Shown: positions 62,049 through 64,000 of the stretch, one piece after another
How positions within the stretch are numbered: position 1 is the stretch's first letter
How the letters are laid out: every line of letters starts with the position of its first letter
Assembly: GCF_001194135.2 (NCBI RefSeq)
Contig: NC_068989.1
Coordinates: 89,512,160 to 89,576,159, forward strand
DNA from: Octopus bimaculoides
Lineage: Eukaryota
Length of the DNA stretch: 64,000 nt
Direction of reading: 5' to 3'
The notes under the pieces: model-generated
Told to the model about the DNA's origin: nothing
Database searches by the model: none
The model's input: only the letters and a program-made list of their open reading frames with translations
Made by a program: the position numbers and the translations under genes

Positions 62049-62712
62049 ATACACACACACATCACATATAAATATGGATATAGATACACACACACATATA
62101 TATATACTCACATGCATATATACATATACCTATATATATACTCACACTGCATAGACGCTAGACGCATACACACGTGTGTATACATACGCATACAAACACA
62201 CGCATACACGTGTGTTTGTGTGTGTGTGTTCCCGCCCTATAGCAACCGTCGTTCAGTTTATGTCTCTCACTGTAGTTAACGCAAGCTACTCCGACTTCCC
62301 CAAAGTGTGGGGAGGGGGTTCTCTCTCTCTGCTACTAATCCTCTTATCTGCTTTTCTAATATTAGTCCTCACATATTTCATTAGCCTCTCACCACCTCCC
62401 TTTAAAACCTGCTTTCGTTTTTTTTTTACTTTTTTTCTTTGTTATTCTTAATGGATCCCTCTCACTTTGTATTGCTATTATTAACAACATAACTACTATT
62501 GCTACAACTAGCACTTCTCCCTATCACATCTCTGACTACTGCTGCAATTATTAGAGCTTGTTATCACTCCTACTATTCCCACCGCTACTGCAACTGCTAC
62601 TCCTGCTACCACTATCTCGGATCTGATGGTGTATCTTTCCTTCACTTGAAATGATTCACACACACACTAATATATATATNNNNNNNNNNNNNNNNNNNNN
62701 NNNNNNNNNNNN

Positions 62713-62746
<34 letters not shown>

Positions 62747-62844
62747 TGTGTGAGTGAGAAGGCAAGCATCCATCTCTCTCTCTCTCATTATAAAACTCAA
62801 CGAATGAAGATGTATAGCAGCAACTCTATGCGTGTCCGTTTATA

Positions 62845-63175
62845 ATCAAATGGGTTCTAGCCGTGATCATCCAGGCTCTTTTTTCTGTATCTATGGCTAC
62901 ATTATTCAACGAGTCCTTCTTTAAAGACGCTTGATTTTGATTTGATGGGGACATAACTAACATTTCTAGCATAGTGAGCGGCAGCGTAGGGTTTCCACCG
63001 TTAGCTTGTCGATTTTGAAGTTAATCGATTGTTCAGGTTGAGTAAATATAATCAGACGTTCCAACCGTGGCCATGTCATTTTTTAGGGATGCTGTTGTAC
63101 TACATCATCCTGTGTCCATTTTAAATAAGGGAATGTGGTAAGAGGCAAATTTGGCTGCTATTTCTAGCAGGGCGG
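62845..63175 (-). repeat. Two tandem family C repeats
   Basis: ctagccgtgatcatcc...tttgatttgatggggac...tttctagc and ccaaccgtggccatg...atttggctgctatttctagcaggg. Confidence 0.7.
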
Positions 63176-64000
63176 TTGACCGTCCCTTGAGGTGGTGGTG
63201 ATGGCGGCGGCTTCTCCTTGCTTGACTGCACTAAAACAGCCGCTAGAGTTTCACATGGATAATGACTGCCATCACGTGCGAAATATCCGATTGGAGAAAG
63301 ACTAACACTCTTTGTTGTATGAAGTTTGTTGTGGTGGTGGTAATATTGAGCTCCAGGCCAGCCCTGATCCCCCCTACGTAAGGGCCATTTCACTGTAACN
63401 NNNNNNNNNNNNNNNNNNNNNNNNNNNNNNNNNNNNNNNNNNNNNNNNNNNNNNNNNNNNNNNNNNNNNNNNNNNNNNNNNNNNNNNNNNNNNNNNNNNN
63501 NNNNNNNNNNNNNNNNNNNNNNNNNNNNNNNNNNNNNNNNNNNNNNNNNNNNNNNNNNNNNNNNNNNNNNNNNNNNNNNNNNNNNNNNNNNNNNNNNNNN
63601 NNNNNNNNNNNNNNNNNNNNNNNNNNNNNNNNNNNNNNNNNNNNNNNNNNNNNNNNNNNNNNNNNNNNNNNNNNNNNNNNNNNNNNNNNNNNNNNNNNNN
63701 NNNNNNNNNNNNNNNNNNNNNNNNNNNNNNNNNNNNNNNNNNNNNNNNNNNNNNNNNNNNNNNNNNNNNNNNNNNNNNNNNNNNNNNNNNNNNNNNNNNN
63801 NNNNNNNNNNNNNNNNNNNNNNNNNNNNNNNNNNNNNNNNNNNNNNNNNNNNNNNNNNNNNNNNNNNNNNNNNNNNNNNNNNNNNNNNNNNNNNNNNNNN
63901 NNNNNNNNNNNNNNNNNNNNNNNNNNNNNNNNNNNNNNNNNNNNNNNNNNNNNNNNNNNNNNNNNNNNNNNNNNNNNNNNNNNNNNNNNNNNNNNGACAT

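Noticed and set aside
3098-64000. Long ORFs in the supplied track (X-runs, [16 protein letters not shown], poly-L/V/T/H)
   Set aside because: They are read-throughs of N gaps or translations of di- and trinucleotide microsatellites; no domain content

Overview
AT-rich, microsatellite-dense animal genomic DNA, almost entirely intronic or intergenic. The repeat complement looks like octopus (Octopus sp.); that is an inference from recalled SINE sequences, not a database hit. About 5.4 kb is N (17 gaps), mostly flanked by (TA)n, (CA)n or (GA)n tracts. None of the supplied ORFs is a credible intact gene. Most run through gaps or microsatellites, and the few protein-like stretches are transposon relics: two RTE-type LINE 3' ends, a mariner transposase C-terminus and a possible CRE-clade fragment. 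The window is dominated by repeats: tRNA-headed SINE families (my labels A, B, D, E), a headless ~250-bp repeat (C), an RTE-tailed fragment (F), several MITEs (pogo/Tigger-like, hAT, mariner, Merlin-like, unclassified) and two Helentron/HINE-like elements. There is no rRNA, bona fide tRNA or CRISPR array. I found no well-supported new biological system. The best leads are a 22-bp-stem pre-miRNA-like hairpin (18931-19002), a 78-bp TIR element carrying telomeric repeats (22789-22866), two SINEs inserted successively at one 17-bp target (20628-21077), a structured CpG-rich island (23680-24260), transcription-factor motif clusters and a few candidate small exons. All analysis was by eye; repeat boundaries are approximate (about 10-20 bp) unless TSDs are quoted.
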